Made by a program: the position numbers and the translations under genes
The notes under the pieces: model-generated
Told to the model about the DNA's origin: nothing
What the model saw: only the letters and a program-made list of their open reading frames with translations
The model's database searches: none
From: Lepidodermella squamata
Taxonomy: Eukaryota; Animalia; Gastrotricha
Direction of reading: 5' to 3'
DNA: 64,000 nucleotides
Assembly (NCBI GenBank): GCA_047495785.1
Contig: JBLDXI010000007.1
Location: forward strand, 4,154,001 to 4,218,000
In this document: positions 33,740 through 46,123 of the stretch, one piece after another
Layout: each line of letters opens with the position of its first letter
How positions within the stretch are numbered: position 1 is the stretch's first letter

Positions 33740-36700
33740 ATGATATCGCCATTTACTGCTCAATTTTCGCTGTTGGTCGTGGTTGTTTTTCTACTGCAAT
33801 GTCCTCGCAAATTGACTGGCCAGAATTTCGGCACGGTGAAGCCGAAGCCTGTGCAGCAGCGCATGTCCATCAAGGACATGCAGGCGAGTCTGCACAAGCT
33901 GGCTACCAAGTCTAGCATCAACTTGACAGCGCTGTTCAACAACGCTACGCAGAGACTTCACTATCAGCTGGTTAGTTAGCTTTCATGCAAATTCATCAAA
34001 ATTCCTTAACATAGAAAATCGATTTTTTTGCATGCTACAACGTGAACTCAAATTTTAGATATTTTTAGGTCAAAATTAGCTGAAAAGGCATCGATTATTG
34101 GAATTAATTGCGTCCTAATCCAAGTCACAAAGCGGAATTGAGATTTTCCTATGAAAAGCCTTTCCCAAAAACGTTTCCAGAAATATTTCAGGTTTCAAAG
34201 GCAGGACTAATTTAAAGCAAGCCTTCGCCTAATCTAAATTGATTTATTTGGGAAATTTCGAAGCTCATATACAAAAAATGGGGAGAAATAGGTATAGGAC
34301 AAGGCTATGTCCCGTTTACCAAAAGTTGGTCCTTTATCTTCCTTGATAGGTTAAGAGCATTCAGTTAATTTGTGGAACCCTTGTAAAATTTCAATCCAAA
34401 ATCTGTACATTGGAAGGTCCCGAAATCTTTCGAAAATCGATTGATACGGCTTATCGCTCGGAAGCCAAACAACCGAATTTTAATCGGTTATGGGTTTTTA
34501 GGGTTTAGGGATAAAGCTCATCTTTGATCAATGAGGAACGTATTTGAAAAATTTGGAAATTTACAATGAATTGGAATAAAAATTTCGATCATTTTTTCAA
34601 ACTGCGTAAAAAATCATGTTTCAATTTTTATTCATGAGTAAATATGCATGAAAATGTCGGAAATTTTTAAAAAATTTGAGAAATCTGAAATTTCAATTTC
34701 CATAACTTTTTAATTTTTTGTAAAATTATTTTGTATATTATCCAGAAATATCAATGCTCACTGACGCCGTTGAACGCGCGGAGTGACGAGTGTCGGAAAC
34801 CGGTCGACGAGGTTCGACCCGACCGCCCGCCGCTATCGGCCTACCTCGTCAAAACCAACGGCGCGCAGCTCGTGCAGAACCTGTCCGCCGAACTCGAGCA
34901 AAAAATGAAGCAAAAAATGGACGCCGTAAAGCGGTCGGTAAAAGCCGCCGAACAGGCCTTTGTCGACTACAAACCGGAGAAAGACTTCAAGGGCATCACG
35001 TACTACAACGCAAAGCGCATAAATCGGCCTTACATGATGGACAAGTACTTTGACGCCGAGAACCCGTATCGGTACCTGGACCTGTCCTACGACACGCATT
35101 TCAAGGCGGATGTCAACACGTCGTTCAGCGTGGTGCATGTCCCGACGAACGTGTTCGACGGCTCGAGTGAGATCAACAACGGCGCCAAGTGGACGATGCG
35201 GTTGAATGACCAATTTAAGGACAACCGCGAGGAGGATAAATCGATTTACTGGCAGTACTTCGGCTCGGCGCTCGGGTTCTACCGGGTGTTCCCTGGGTCG
35301 AAATGGGCGACCAGCCCTGAGAAGGTCGAAATGTTCGATTGCCGTACGAAAGGTTGGTACATCCAGGCGTCGTGTTCGCCTAAGGATTTGGTCATTCTCG
35401 TCGATATGAGTGGGTCGATGACGGGGCTGCGGCACCGCATTGCTATGAATACGGTCGATCAGATTTTGAAGACGCTTGGCGAGGATGATTTTTTTAACAT
35501 CATCCAGTTTCAGGCGAATGTCTCCTATGTTGACCAGTGTTTCAACGGCACGCTCATTCAAGCTACGGCCGAGAACAAAGAGGTTGGTTTAGTCTAATCC
35601 CGATAAAATATATAATTTTCCGCAATTTTTCTCAAATATCAGAAATTTTGAAAAATAAAAAAATTGAAATTTTATAAATTTTGAAGAAACAATTAAAAAA
35701 AGAAGTTTTTTACTTGAAATATTAGGTTTCCTCATGCCTTCCTAATGCATTTTTTTAATTTGTATTCTTTTTTTGAAGCTTGAATTTGAAAAAATGTCTA
35801 CATATTTTAACTACTCAAAGTTAGGTTCCAGAACCCAATTTTTTGAATGTTTGAATTGCGATTTAGAATAACTGGAGAATTCTGTGTTCAAGCTGGGGCT
35901 GATACGCTGATTCATGAAGAATAATTTTTTATATTGGCTTCCAAAGCTTCTAAAATCGGAAAAATCACTGATTTGTAAAATCGATAATTGAAATCGATAT
36001 CGGCCATTTAGGCTGGAGTACAGCTCGTAAGTTAACCGCCTATCGCGGGAGATACGATCGATCAGTTAGACTCGTTGATCAGAAATTGAAGTTCAAAGGT
36101 ATACATCTGAAACTCTTGAAACTAATCGGGAACCTAGTGGAACCCTAATTCAGGGTCTGATTTAGGGTGTTCATTTAGCTCCCATTATATTTGAAGCCCT
36201 GGTCGTCTTCTAGATCTGAGCACAATTCGGGAAAATGATTCTTCGAACGTTTCGAACGCATACAAGTGACTTCAATAACAATCAGAATTTATATAAATTT
36301 TTCTCATTTTGAACATGAATGGAACGCGTTTTTTTATCAAATTTCTCCTCGAATTTTAGAAAAAATATTTTTATTTAATTTTTTAATTTTTTTTTATCTA
36401 GCGTTTGAAGCGTAAACTGCGCGATATTGATACGGACAAAATGGCTGATTTCGAGAAGGCTCTCATCGAAGCGTTCTCGCTGTTCAACAAAACCGCGTAC
36501 GAAAAGGTGGGCTCGATGTGCAACCGCGCCATCATGCTGATAACGGACGGCGCGTCGGACACGTACGAGAACATTTTCAAAAAGTACAACAGCCCGAACC
36601 GCACCGAGTCGGGCATGTCGCAGGTTCGCGTTTTCTCGTTCCTGATCGGCCAGGACGCGTCGTACAACCGCGAGATCAATTGGATGTCGTGCGCTAACAA

Positions 36701-39700
36701 GGGCTACTACGTCGAGATCAAAACAATCGCCGCCGTGCAGGACAACATGAAAGTAGGTCACCTCGCAGGTTAAAATAGTAATAATTTGTAGCAGGAAAGT
36801 AGGTCAGCACGCATTTTCAAGCTATGATCTACTTATCTATCAATTACTTGACCTATATTCAAGGAAGAAGAAAAATTCTATTCTCTCCGCTAAAATTTAG
36901 GTCAAGATTTCTGTTAAATTTACTAAAACCGATTTTTCTGGAATTTTCTAAATATCATGAAAAAATTCTAAAAAAGTCCAAGTAAATCTTAAAAAATTCC
37001 TATGCAAAATATCGGATGATTCGATTTTAAATTTTCCGATTTTTTTAAATTAGCAATACGTCACGACTCTCGCGAGACCGCTAGCTCTGGCCGATTTCAA
37101 TGACGTAACTTGGACCAGTGTCTATATCGATGAAGCTGTACGTTTTTCTCGTCACGATTCTTTCAATTTTTTTCCAGAAATTTATTTTCGATTTTTATTG
37201 ACTTTATTCGGTGGTTATTTGAAACGCAGGCTTATTCATATGATAGCAAGGAAGGGATAGCAGCTGCCCGGCGAGAAGAAACGTCGATTGATGCTGCGCA
37301 AATTCTTAAGCTCGAATCTCTCATGTTCGAGGTTAACAGGGCCTAATGAAATTCGCTGGAAAATTGTATCAATTCAGTTATTGCTAACTATTTTTCATGG
37401 CAGTTGAACCAATGTCTTGGCTAATTTTTATCATTTTTATTTCTCGTCAAATTGAATGCGAAGGTATCGTGAGTGATTGAAACTCGGAACAAGTAAAAAT
37501 GGAGTCGAATTTATGGCTTTTGACCATTTATTTCAAGGATTATTTTTTAAGCGGGCGAATGGCGAATCCCTTTTGAGTTCATTAATTTTCGAAATAATTG
37601 TTTTGTCGTAATGAAAGGATGATGATCAAGCATGCGGTTAATCTTTCGGTTTTCATTTTGAATGCCTCTTGAAAATTTGCGATTAAATCTTGATTTTTGT
37701 TGATTCTAATAGGAATACGAGTATGCCAGTGCGAAGTCTTCTGGTCAACGGCGGCATAATGTCCCGAAGAAGAAGAAACTCGTCAAGGTAAGCCGAACGC
37801 ACTTATAATAGAAAAATATTGAAAATCGGAAAATTTTTGCAATGAACTGAATTTCGACTGATATTTTTCCCGTTTATAGAGCAGTATGCCCGACATGAGG
37901 CTGATGGCATCGGTTGCAGCCCCGGTTTTCGATAAAAAGCCTGATTCGGTAAGAGATTTTTAACAATTTTAAACAACAACCAATTTTAACAATTTTAAAT
38001 TTAACAAAAATTAATGGAAAACATTCAAAAATATCATATCTGAAATTTGAAATTTAATTTTAATTTTTTAGTTCATTCGTAAAATTTTAAATTTAAAAAT
38101 TGATTTTCAGCTTGAAAAAGTTAACATATTTTCCTAATTTATTCCAATTTTATAGACCAAGCAAAACCTTCTGGGCGTGATCGGGACCGATTTACCGATT
38201 CACTTCTTCCGATCGTTCGTGCCGCCGCCGAAGCTGGGCGTCGACGCGTACGCCTTCGCCGTCAATCACAATGGCTTCGTGCTGTTCCACCCCAACTACG
38301 TGCCGCCCTTCGAAGCGCCCGACTACACCAACGTCGACCTGGCGAAGCTCGAGATGAAGTTCCTGCCCTGGGAATGGTACAAGAAAATGCGCCAGGCCTA
38401 CAACGGCCCAATTCCCGGCTTCACGAAAAACGGCACCGAAACGCTGATCGAGGTCATGAAAAACGACACGCTAGGCGCAATCAGGCGTGTAATTGCCCTG
38501 TTGGAGAAGGTCAACTCGACCGTGCCGGACTACACGCTTGAGTTGCGAAACTCAATGGCGAAGGCTGAGACTGGGCAGTTTTGGATGACTACTCTGAAAA
38601 CGATTGACAACCACGCGCGGCCGAAAGTGATTGGAATGCACTACTACTACACCCAGATCCCGTTCACCCCCTTCACCCTGGGCGTCGCGATACCTGGCGG
38701 GAAGAACCATCTCTACGACTACGGCTTTGTGCATATGAACGCGAGGATTGACATAAAAAACGCGGATCTAACGGTCCTTGAGCCTCGCGAAGGCCTTCAG
38801 ACTAAGGTGCCGTCTCAGTGGAATTATTGCCACTTCAACGCGTCCCAGCTTGAGGTGAAAGATGTGGACTATGAGGACCAGTTGTCGGAGATGTATCATG
38901 AGTTTGAGGAGAATTACAACATATCGATTAGCGACGTCATTCCGGAGGTGCTCGAGTCACTGTACCCAAAATACCCGCCTGATGTTTACTGCACTGAGCT
39001 CAAAAACGAGGTCAATGCGTCCGTCTACTTTCAGAACGAGACTATGACTCTTTTCAATTTGTCGTAAGTCTTCGCAAAATAATGATGATTCATATCGTTA
39101 GCGTCGTTGAATAACTCGGATTTAGGCTTGTTTACATCAATTTCAAGGTGATAGTTGACAAGTAATAATCATTTGTTTTGGGGTCTTCATTCACGTTAAC
39201 AACACCGCTTTTTACTTGTCACCCATCACATTTAAATGGTTGTAAACAAGCCTAAATCCGAGTTATTCAACGACGCTAACGATATGTTAGGAATTCAGGG
39301 AATATTGGGAATTTAAGATTCGAATCCAAGGTTTCCCAATGAAGCATGAAAGTGAGAAATGTTGCGACTTGCAACTTCCTAGGTTTGGGGTTCGGTGTTG
39401 AAGGTCCCGGGACTCCATGGAACCCTGGGGAAAACTTGATCGGGACTTGCTTGAGCCATCTAGAAGGGAAGAAACACTGTTGACATTACCGTACAGCGAG
39501 ATTACCGTAACTACCTTATTCTCTAGGATAATCGCTGACCGAAACAATTCGTTCCCGGCTATCGACCGAATCACTTATCTGACCGATCTAAATGATACCG
39601 CTGAGTTCTATACTGTAGACGAAGAGGCCTGCATGGAACGCGTCAAAGCCTACCACATCGAGCAGCTGCGAGAAGACATGCAAGCGTGGATGTTCGAGAA

Positions 39701-42700
39701 AAAGTTCCAGCAGACCCTTCGAAAATACATCGAAATGGGCCGAGATGGTTCGGCCGATTTCATGGATAAATGCGACCAGGAGACCATTGAAAATCTTCTC
39801 TTCGATGCTGAAGTCACAAATGACACGTCGTCGAAGCTCTTCGATGGTCTGATGCATTATTTCGGTAAAAATGGCGTCTCCATGATTTTCGTCGCCACTC
39901 GAAGTGGTTTGACGCGTTACGTCACGCCTGACCACTCAGAGTCGGATTTTATCAATACCCATCCTGAGACAATTCGGGAGACCTACTACGAACGAGCTGT
40001 CGAGGCTGGGCCTGAAACTATCATAGTCACGATCGATAACAGTAAGTTCACTTGAAACCCTCATCTAAAGTTTCAGAATGACTTTTCAACAATATTTCTC
40101 TGCATTGCTAATTTGAAGGACGTTTGTTTAATTTTTCTATTTTTTGAATTATCATATCACGTGACTTGCTTTTGGGCATAACTTTTTTCGAAGACAGCTT
40201 TTATTTTTTCAAATCACATTTTTTCCAAAAAATCACATTAATTTCTGTTTTTGTGGTATAACTTCAACCTTTCAAAGCTCCATCAGGTAATTTTTAATTA
40301 TAGGGCGACACACAATGAGGACATATCTAACCCTAGCTTAGCGATAGAAACATCGCACGACATAGTTTACTTGATTTCAAATAACAAGGTTAACAAGCTT
40401 TTCAGCAACCCTTACCACACATGAATTATCGTTCGAGAACATTTTCGAAGACAATTAATCTTAAATGTCTGTGGTTGTGTTCTTATTCTGTTTCAACTAA
40501 CCCAAAAATATCGCTTTTACATGTAATTTGGTATAGCAGTAATTTTTGACAACCCCACTAATCAATTATTGATGTCGCGTAATTTTAAAGGTCAGCGCAC
40601 AATTTTGTTCTGAAACATGTCTTGTGGCACAATTTTTGCGAAATAGCTTTGGTCTTATCGATTTGAAGCTTCATTTGACATTGCCTACTTTCTACAGTTC
40701 CTCAAACTCCGAAGAGGGTCATTTTGGCTCAGGCGATGTTCGTCACCCATGCTACGACCGATGGCAACGTCGGACGGGCTGCTGTAGCCGTAGCAGGGGT
40801 GGAAATGCCGGCTAGGAACCTCTCGGATCTGATATTCTCTCAGCCATGCGATGAATCCGGAAATCGATGTCCGCTACAATGTTCCAACTCAACCGCCTGT
40901 TATCTGCTGGACGATAACGGCTTCATCGTTTACTCAGATGACGATCGTATTGTAAGTTTGTTAGCCTTGTAGATAGATGGTGGATAAATACTTTATTTCT
41001 TGAAGATTGGACGCTCGATGGCGGAAATCGATCCTAACCTCTTCATTCAGCTGACGAACTACGAAGAGATCATTGACGACGGTCCAACGGCTAAAAAGGA
41101 CATGCCTCAGTGGGAAAGTGGGTCAACGGCTTGGAGCAGTTTATACGAAATGTAAGTACCCAAGCTACAAAACAAAACCCAATTGTATTACATTCTTTTA
41201 TAGGATAATGTTCGACGATTATCAAGCCATCTGTCCAATCTATGATCGGCACAGCAGTTCGAACCGTCTCATGAATGTACATCATGGTGATAGTAGTAGT
41301 GATGAACTAGAAATTAGCGATGAAGATAGGGACGAACACACCGAACAACTTCTGGCAGCGTTAATCATGTATTTTTTTGTATTTTACCCCCACACTGTTG
41401 AATGCAGCCCTTCTCTATGATCTTCCAATGCTCGTGTTCGTTTGCCGCCCGCGCCTTGTGGGCCACTCAAAGAATGGTGATTGCCGTGGTCACTCTCGTC
41501 TTCGGCATGATTCGTTTGTTTTTTCGACTTTTGAGCCAGGCCCCGAACTTGGGATTTCTTCTATTGTTGAACAGATGAGGTCGTTATGAATGCTATGCCA
41601 GGCGAGATTCCCGCTGTTTGCCTAAACGCCCTGAGCCGTGAGGATGGCCTGACTACAGACTTCTGGAACTGCACTATCAATGAAACGATGTATGTACAAT
41701 TTCTGAGTTTTCTACCGAATTTTGCTAGTTTTTCTGTTGAACATTCTGTTGAATTTTCATTTTGTTCCCTATTGATCCTTCATCTTGTGAATAAGGATCG
41801 AGATGTTACAGCTAATGCTGTTTAAGCAGGGCTTCTTCCAGCCGAATCGGGCTATTCTTGGCATAAGCCCGACCGGAGAAAGCAGGTCCGGTTTCTCTAA
41901 ATGGGCGTTGTAGATTGCATGAATTCTCTGAGACAATGTAAAAATGGCTGTAACAATCAAGCCTTTATTTCTTCATATCAAAATGGCAGTGAATTTCTGG
42001 CTTTTAATCCTATTTATATATGAAATGGCCAAACCTTTAATCAAAGCTTCAACATAATGAAGACTCATTGTATAATTTTAGAATACATGAAGTTACTATC
42101 CTTTAAACAAATTCTGGTTTTTTCGAATTTTTAGAAAATTAGCTCAACAGGCGGCGTAAGTTAATTGTATTTTTGAAGGGTCGATTGGTGTCTAACGGGA
42201 AAACTATTTGGAGTTGATTGATTTGAACTTCGATATAGTTTCCGTTCATTGTGAGAGAATGAAACTGGAGTTTTTCGTTGTGCCACTAACCTTAACATTG
42301 AAAAGCCCACAAACTATAGACTCCAATCTAACAAAGAAACCTCTATTCTTTGCCAGAAACTAGGCCAACAGAAAATTAGGATCCTAGTTAGTCTTAGATA
42401 TTTTGACCCTCGAATGTAGAGGTAAGTTTCATAGATTTTGTCCTACACCTCGTTTCTGAATGAAATTTCGAATGGCTCAATTGCAAGCAAAACATGAAAT
42501 GATTCATTCTTCGATTGCTATGGTTCATGCATTTTCTTAACTGTTGAATGAATCTCAACAATTTTTTTTTACCACTTTTAATTATGCGTTTCTTCCTCCT
42601 TACAGGTCAGGCCGGACGAAACTAAACTTCACGTCAGACCGGAAGATGAAAGTCCTTGGCAACAGTGTGTGTACACACAGGTACAACGTCTATCGGTTGA

Positions 42701-43367
42701 ACCACAAAGCGACTCGACTGTACGGCGAGCAGACGGAGAAGTGTCGAGATTGTACGACTTGTAAGGAGCGAACCTTGGAAGGATTCTGTTCCATGTGCTC
42801 TGGCATGCGGAACGGCACTCGAATGAGCAATCTTACAGGAGACAGGTAAGCAAAATCGGCTTATTATCACTGACAATTGGTTTCAGACTTTTTGAAAATT
42901 CAAATTATTATTTTTTAATTCATTTTACACAGTTTTCCGAACTGTACGAGAGCTTGGCGAGCTCAACTTGTGCCAAAGACGAATCTAGTGATACTCGTGG
43001 TCGATAGCAATTGCATATGCGAGCGGAACATCGAATTTGTGCGAATTCTCGAAAACAAAACGCTCAAGTACGAAGACGACGACGAACAGTGCCAAATGTT
43101 GAAGATGCCACGCGAGCGCCGCCTGCCCAGCAAATGCGCCAGCGACAATCCTCACGTAAATTTGAGAAATTTAAATTATTCAAAAAATTCATTTAATGAT
43201 TTATTTAATTTCAGGAGGACGTGAGTGATTGCGGGGGGCAGATGAATACCAACGGCATTCTAGGCAACCAGCCGTCTTTATTTCTGCTGACATTGTGCCT
43301 AATTGCAGTGAAAGTTAACTTTCTCCGTGCAAATCAAAGATCTCTCACAAGGGACAAAGTGGCCTGA
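33740..43367 (+). CDS. CACNA2D: Voltage-gated calcium channel alpha2delta subunit (multi-exon)
   Basis: Signal peptide; VHVPTNVF, WQYFGS, FDCRTKGWY, SPKDLVILVDMSGSM (MIDAS), CNRAIMLITDGA, CANKGYY, YAFAVNHNGFVLFHP, CYLLDDNGFIV, YQAIC, PKTNLVILVVD; terminal EDVSDCGG plus hydrophobic GPI-type tail. Confidence 0.95.
39091..39286. mobile_element. Intronic MITE with perfect 46-bp inverted repeats
   Basis: 39091-39136 is the exact reverse complement of 39241-39286. Confidence 0.88.
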
Positions 43368-43864
43368 TAATCAAATAATGTGCCTATAGTGCTTGTTATC
43401 ACTTTCTTTTGTCGCGATCTCAATTCTTTCTTCCGGATCCTTTTACTTTTCAAAAACAACGCAAATTCGACGTATCTTTGATGTTCCAATTGTCTTTCTT
43501 ACAGCGCGATGAGTAAACTGTTCAGCTTCGAAAATAAATGCAAAATGAAACGTGGGAAGTACCGACGTGTTGTTTCAAATTATAGTTATGTATTTGACTC
43601 CGAGGTGATGGCGTGGTGCGCATGCGTGCAAAGCACCTCATCAACACTTGTTACCGGTCGGCTTTGTTTTTCGCCGCTTTGGTTATTATCATGAGCGGAA
43701 GAAGCAAAAACTCATCAACATCCCGTTAGCCCTCGGTAATGAAGATGCTCACGCGAAAAACAACCGGTGCAAAGGTGCCGAGAGGATGGTGTCAGCCCAT
43801 AATGCCATCATAACGCAATCTTTCAATTCTTAAAAATTTAACCATTTGTCTCCTTTTCCTCAAA

Positions 43865-44897
43865 ATGAAACGGCCAACTTCAATCTTATCTATCGCCTTA
43901 CTCCTAGTGGTACCAACTGTGATTTTCAGTAAGTTACAGTCTGAATCGCTTAATTTTGGGCTTACAATGATGTTTCATAGTCGACTCTGCACGGGCTAAT
44001 CCAACGAGTGCCCTCGGCACGAAAAGCCAGGCCTCGTCGAATGTTGAAACTGCGAAGAAAGCTGGATTGAAGGGCAAGCAGGCCATGTACCCGGTCAGCG
44101 CAGGCAATCGTGAGGTTATCATTATCCAACAGCAACCTTCAGGCCAACAGCAGCAGCAACCGCAGGTTGTAGCCCAACCGCAGCCGGCAGTTGCTCCCGC
44201 TGCCCAGCCTCAGGCTCAGGTCATCGTCATTCCTGCTCAACAGCAGGAGCCAGCTGTTCAGCCGCCGAATATGATTAGAGATGGCGCTATTCCCGACAGG
44301 ATTGTCTACGTTCGCTCAACAGCTCCCACAACTACAATGGGTTAGTTCTTCGGTCAATTTTACCCTTACCCTAAAACTAACCTTGTGCTTCACATCGAAC
44401 AACAGCGCCGAATCTAACCTTCAGCCCATTTCTCAGTACTTGTGAGCTATGAGCCGTCATTGTAGTCAAATTTTTGGGAATTACGAAGCCAAAGATGTAC
44501 CCTGGGAGCTCGAATGGTTAAGCTAAGCTGAGAGTTGAGTTAGAGCCCAAGGTACATCTTTCGCTTCGTAATTCCCGACAATTTGACTTAATGACGGCTC
44601 ATAGCTCACAAGTACTGAGAAATGGGCTTAAGGCCTTTCAGTGGCAGTGGTAACATAAAATATCTGGAATTCTCAAACTTGCGAAGCTCTTGTTCCTCAT
44701 CTACAACCCTAAACCTAGCACATATCGCGAATATATATTGATCATATCTTTTTCTTATTCCAGCTGGCGGAATGGGCAATGGAATGATGGTTGCAGGCCT
44801 GGTTGCATTTCACGTTGTTGTCCTCGTCATCATTTGCATCATCGTTTTCTGTGCCTATTACCGATGCTGCTGTTTCGAACACTGCTCCGGCATGTAA
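43865..44897 (+). CDS. Small type I membrane protein with Gln/Pro-rich ectodomain and Cys-rich tail (exons 43865-43928, 43981-44340, 44764-44897)
   Basis: Signal peptide MKRPTSILSIALLLVV; TM helix followed by CAYYRCCCFEHC; AATAAA near 44967. Confidence 0.75.
44423..44628. mobile_element. Intronic foldback MITE with ~85-bp arms
   Basis: AGCCCATTTCTCAGTACTTGTGAGCTATGAGCCGTCATT... and its reverse complement; flanks TTCA / TTAA. Confidence 0.85.
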
Positions 44898-45040
44898 AAA
44901 AGGAACAATTTAAAAGCTCTTCCTTTATTGCGTTATGTAATCAGCTCAATGATTTCTGACAAAGAAATAAAACTAAGCGTGTGCGTATTTTGCTCGGGTA
45001 ATTAGTAATGTGTTTCAATCACCTCGGTGCAGTGCTGCAA

Positions 45041-45580
45041 CTACTTACGAGTGGAAAGTATTTTGATTTCAGTGACCCCCGGGTTGTTTTCACGATCGCG
45101 AACCCGGTAGCCCTTTAACCGCGCCCAATCGCGAACAGGCTGCTTCAAGACAGAATAGCCACGCCCGTTGTGGAGCCCTCGGCCGTGACAAACAGTGAAC
45201 CAGCCGAACGTGCCCTCACGAATGGCCTGTCTGCTACATTCTTCCAAGTAGACGATCGATTCGTCGATAGTTTTACCGTGGAGTTCGATAAAGCGCCCTA
45301 GTTTCTTTGCATTTCTTTGCGAGTTTGACTCGTAACGCTGGTTTTGTTGCCCATCACGAACGACTCCGCCTGATAATATACATGTTCTATCATTACCCGC
45401 GAAATACCGGGGAAGCGGAGCGATATCGGATAATTGTTGTGATCTTTGTGATCCTGGAATCACACGTTGCTGATTGCGTAGGTGTTGAAGCCATGCAAAT
45501 AGAATCAGGCAGACAAGCGAAGCAAGTAGAATAAAGCCGATAAGATATATAATAAATTTGAAAACTTCAATTATAGCCAT
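45041..45580 (-). CDS. N-terminally membrane-anchored Smr-domain endonuclease
   Basis: TM helix at aa ~9-30; IELHGKTIDES...CHGRGLHN...VLKQPV...NNPGV matches the Smr motifs DLHG / TG.G.HS / N.G. Confidence 0.85.
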   Translation of the reverse strand: MAIIEVFKFIIYLIGFILLASLVCLILFAWLQHLRNQQRVIPGSQRSQQLSDIAPLPRYFAGNDRTCILSGGVVRDGQQNQRYESNSQRNAKKLGRFIELHGKTIDESIVYLEECSRQAIREGTFGWFTVCHGRGLHNGRGYSVLKQPVRDWARLKGYRVRDRENNPGVTEIKILSTRK

Positions 45581-46123
45581 GATTCAGCTAAGTCTGGAAT
45601 AAACTCGTGTTTATTTTGGTCCCGCCCCAGCTAATTTACAAATTCATAGCTAATTTCTAGCACCAGAACTTATGGCAAAACAAACAAAATGCTCAGTTTA
45701 ATAGACGGACTAACGAAGGACGATAAGCCAATTTTACCTACATTTTGATTGTGAAAATGTAAAATAGTCTTCAAATTAGCTGATATTATGGCTGCTTCTC
45801 CTGGCCATTGGGTTGCCCATTTTTCTGGCGCATTTTGACAGGACGTGACAATTAGCAAATTAGCCTGCGTTTTTCGCAATGTTCGCACCTATGTTGAGCA
45901 AGTCGCTTCGCCTCAGCTCCCGGACCTGGACATGCTGAGCCTGTGTGTGCGCATGCTTCCTTATGTGTGTCGATGACAGGCAATATAATGCCCACTCCTT
46001 CAAACCGTTAGAGACCTTCAGTCGCAAGGAGTATAAATAAAGCTATTATTTTTATTTATACCTAAGTTGAAAGGATTACCGGCGAAAATAAAGCAATTTC
46101 AACAATAATTTATTTTATCACCA

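Noticed and set aside
34497-34510. TTTAGGG x2, telomere-like
   Set aside because: Only two units in an AT-rich intron; expected by chance.
34833-35561. 242-aa minus-strand ORF
   Set aside because: Antisense to a GC3-rich CACNA2D exon; no motifs.
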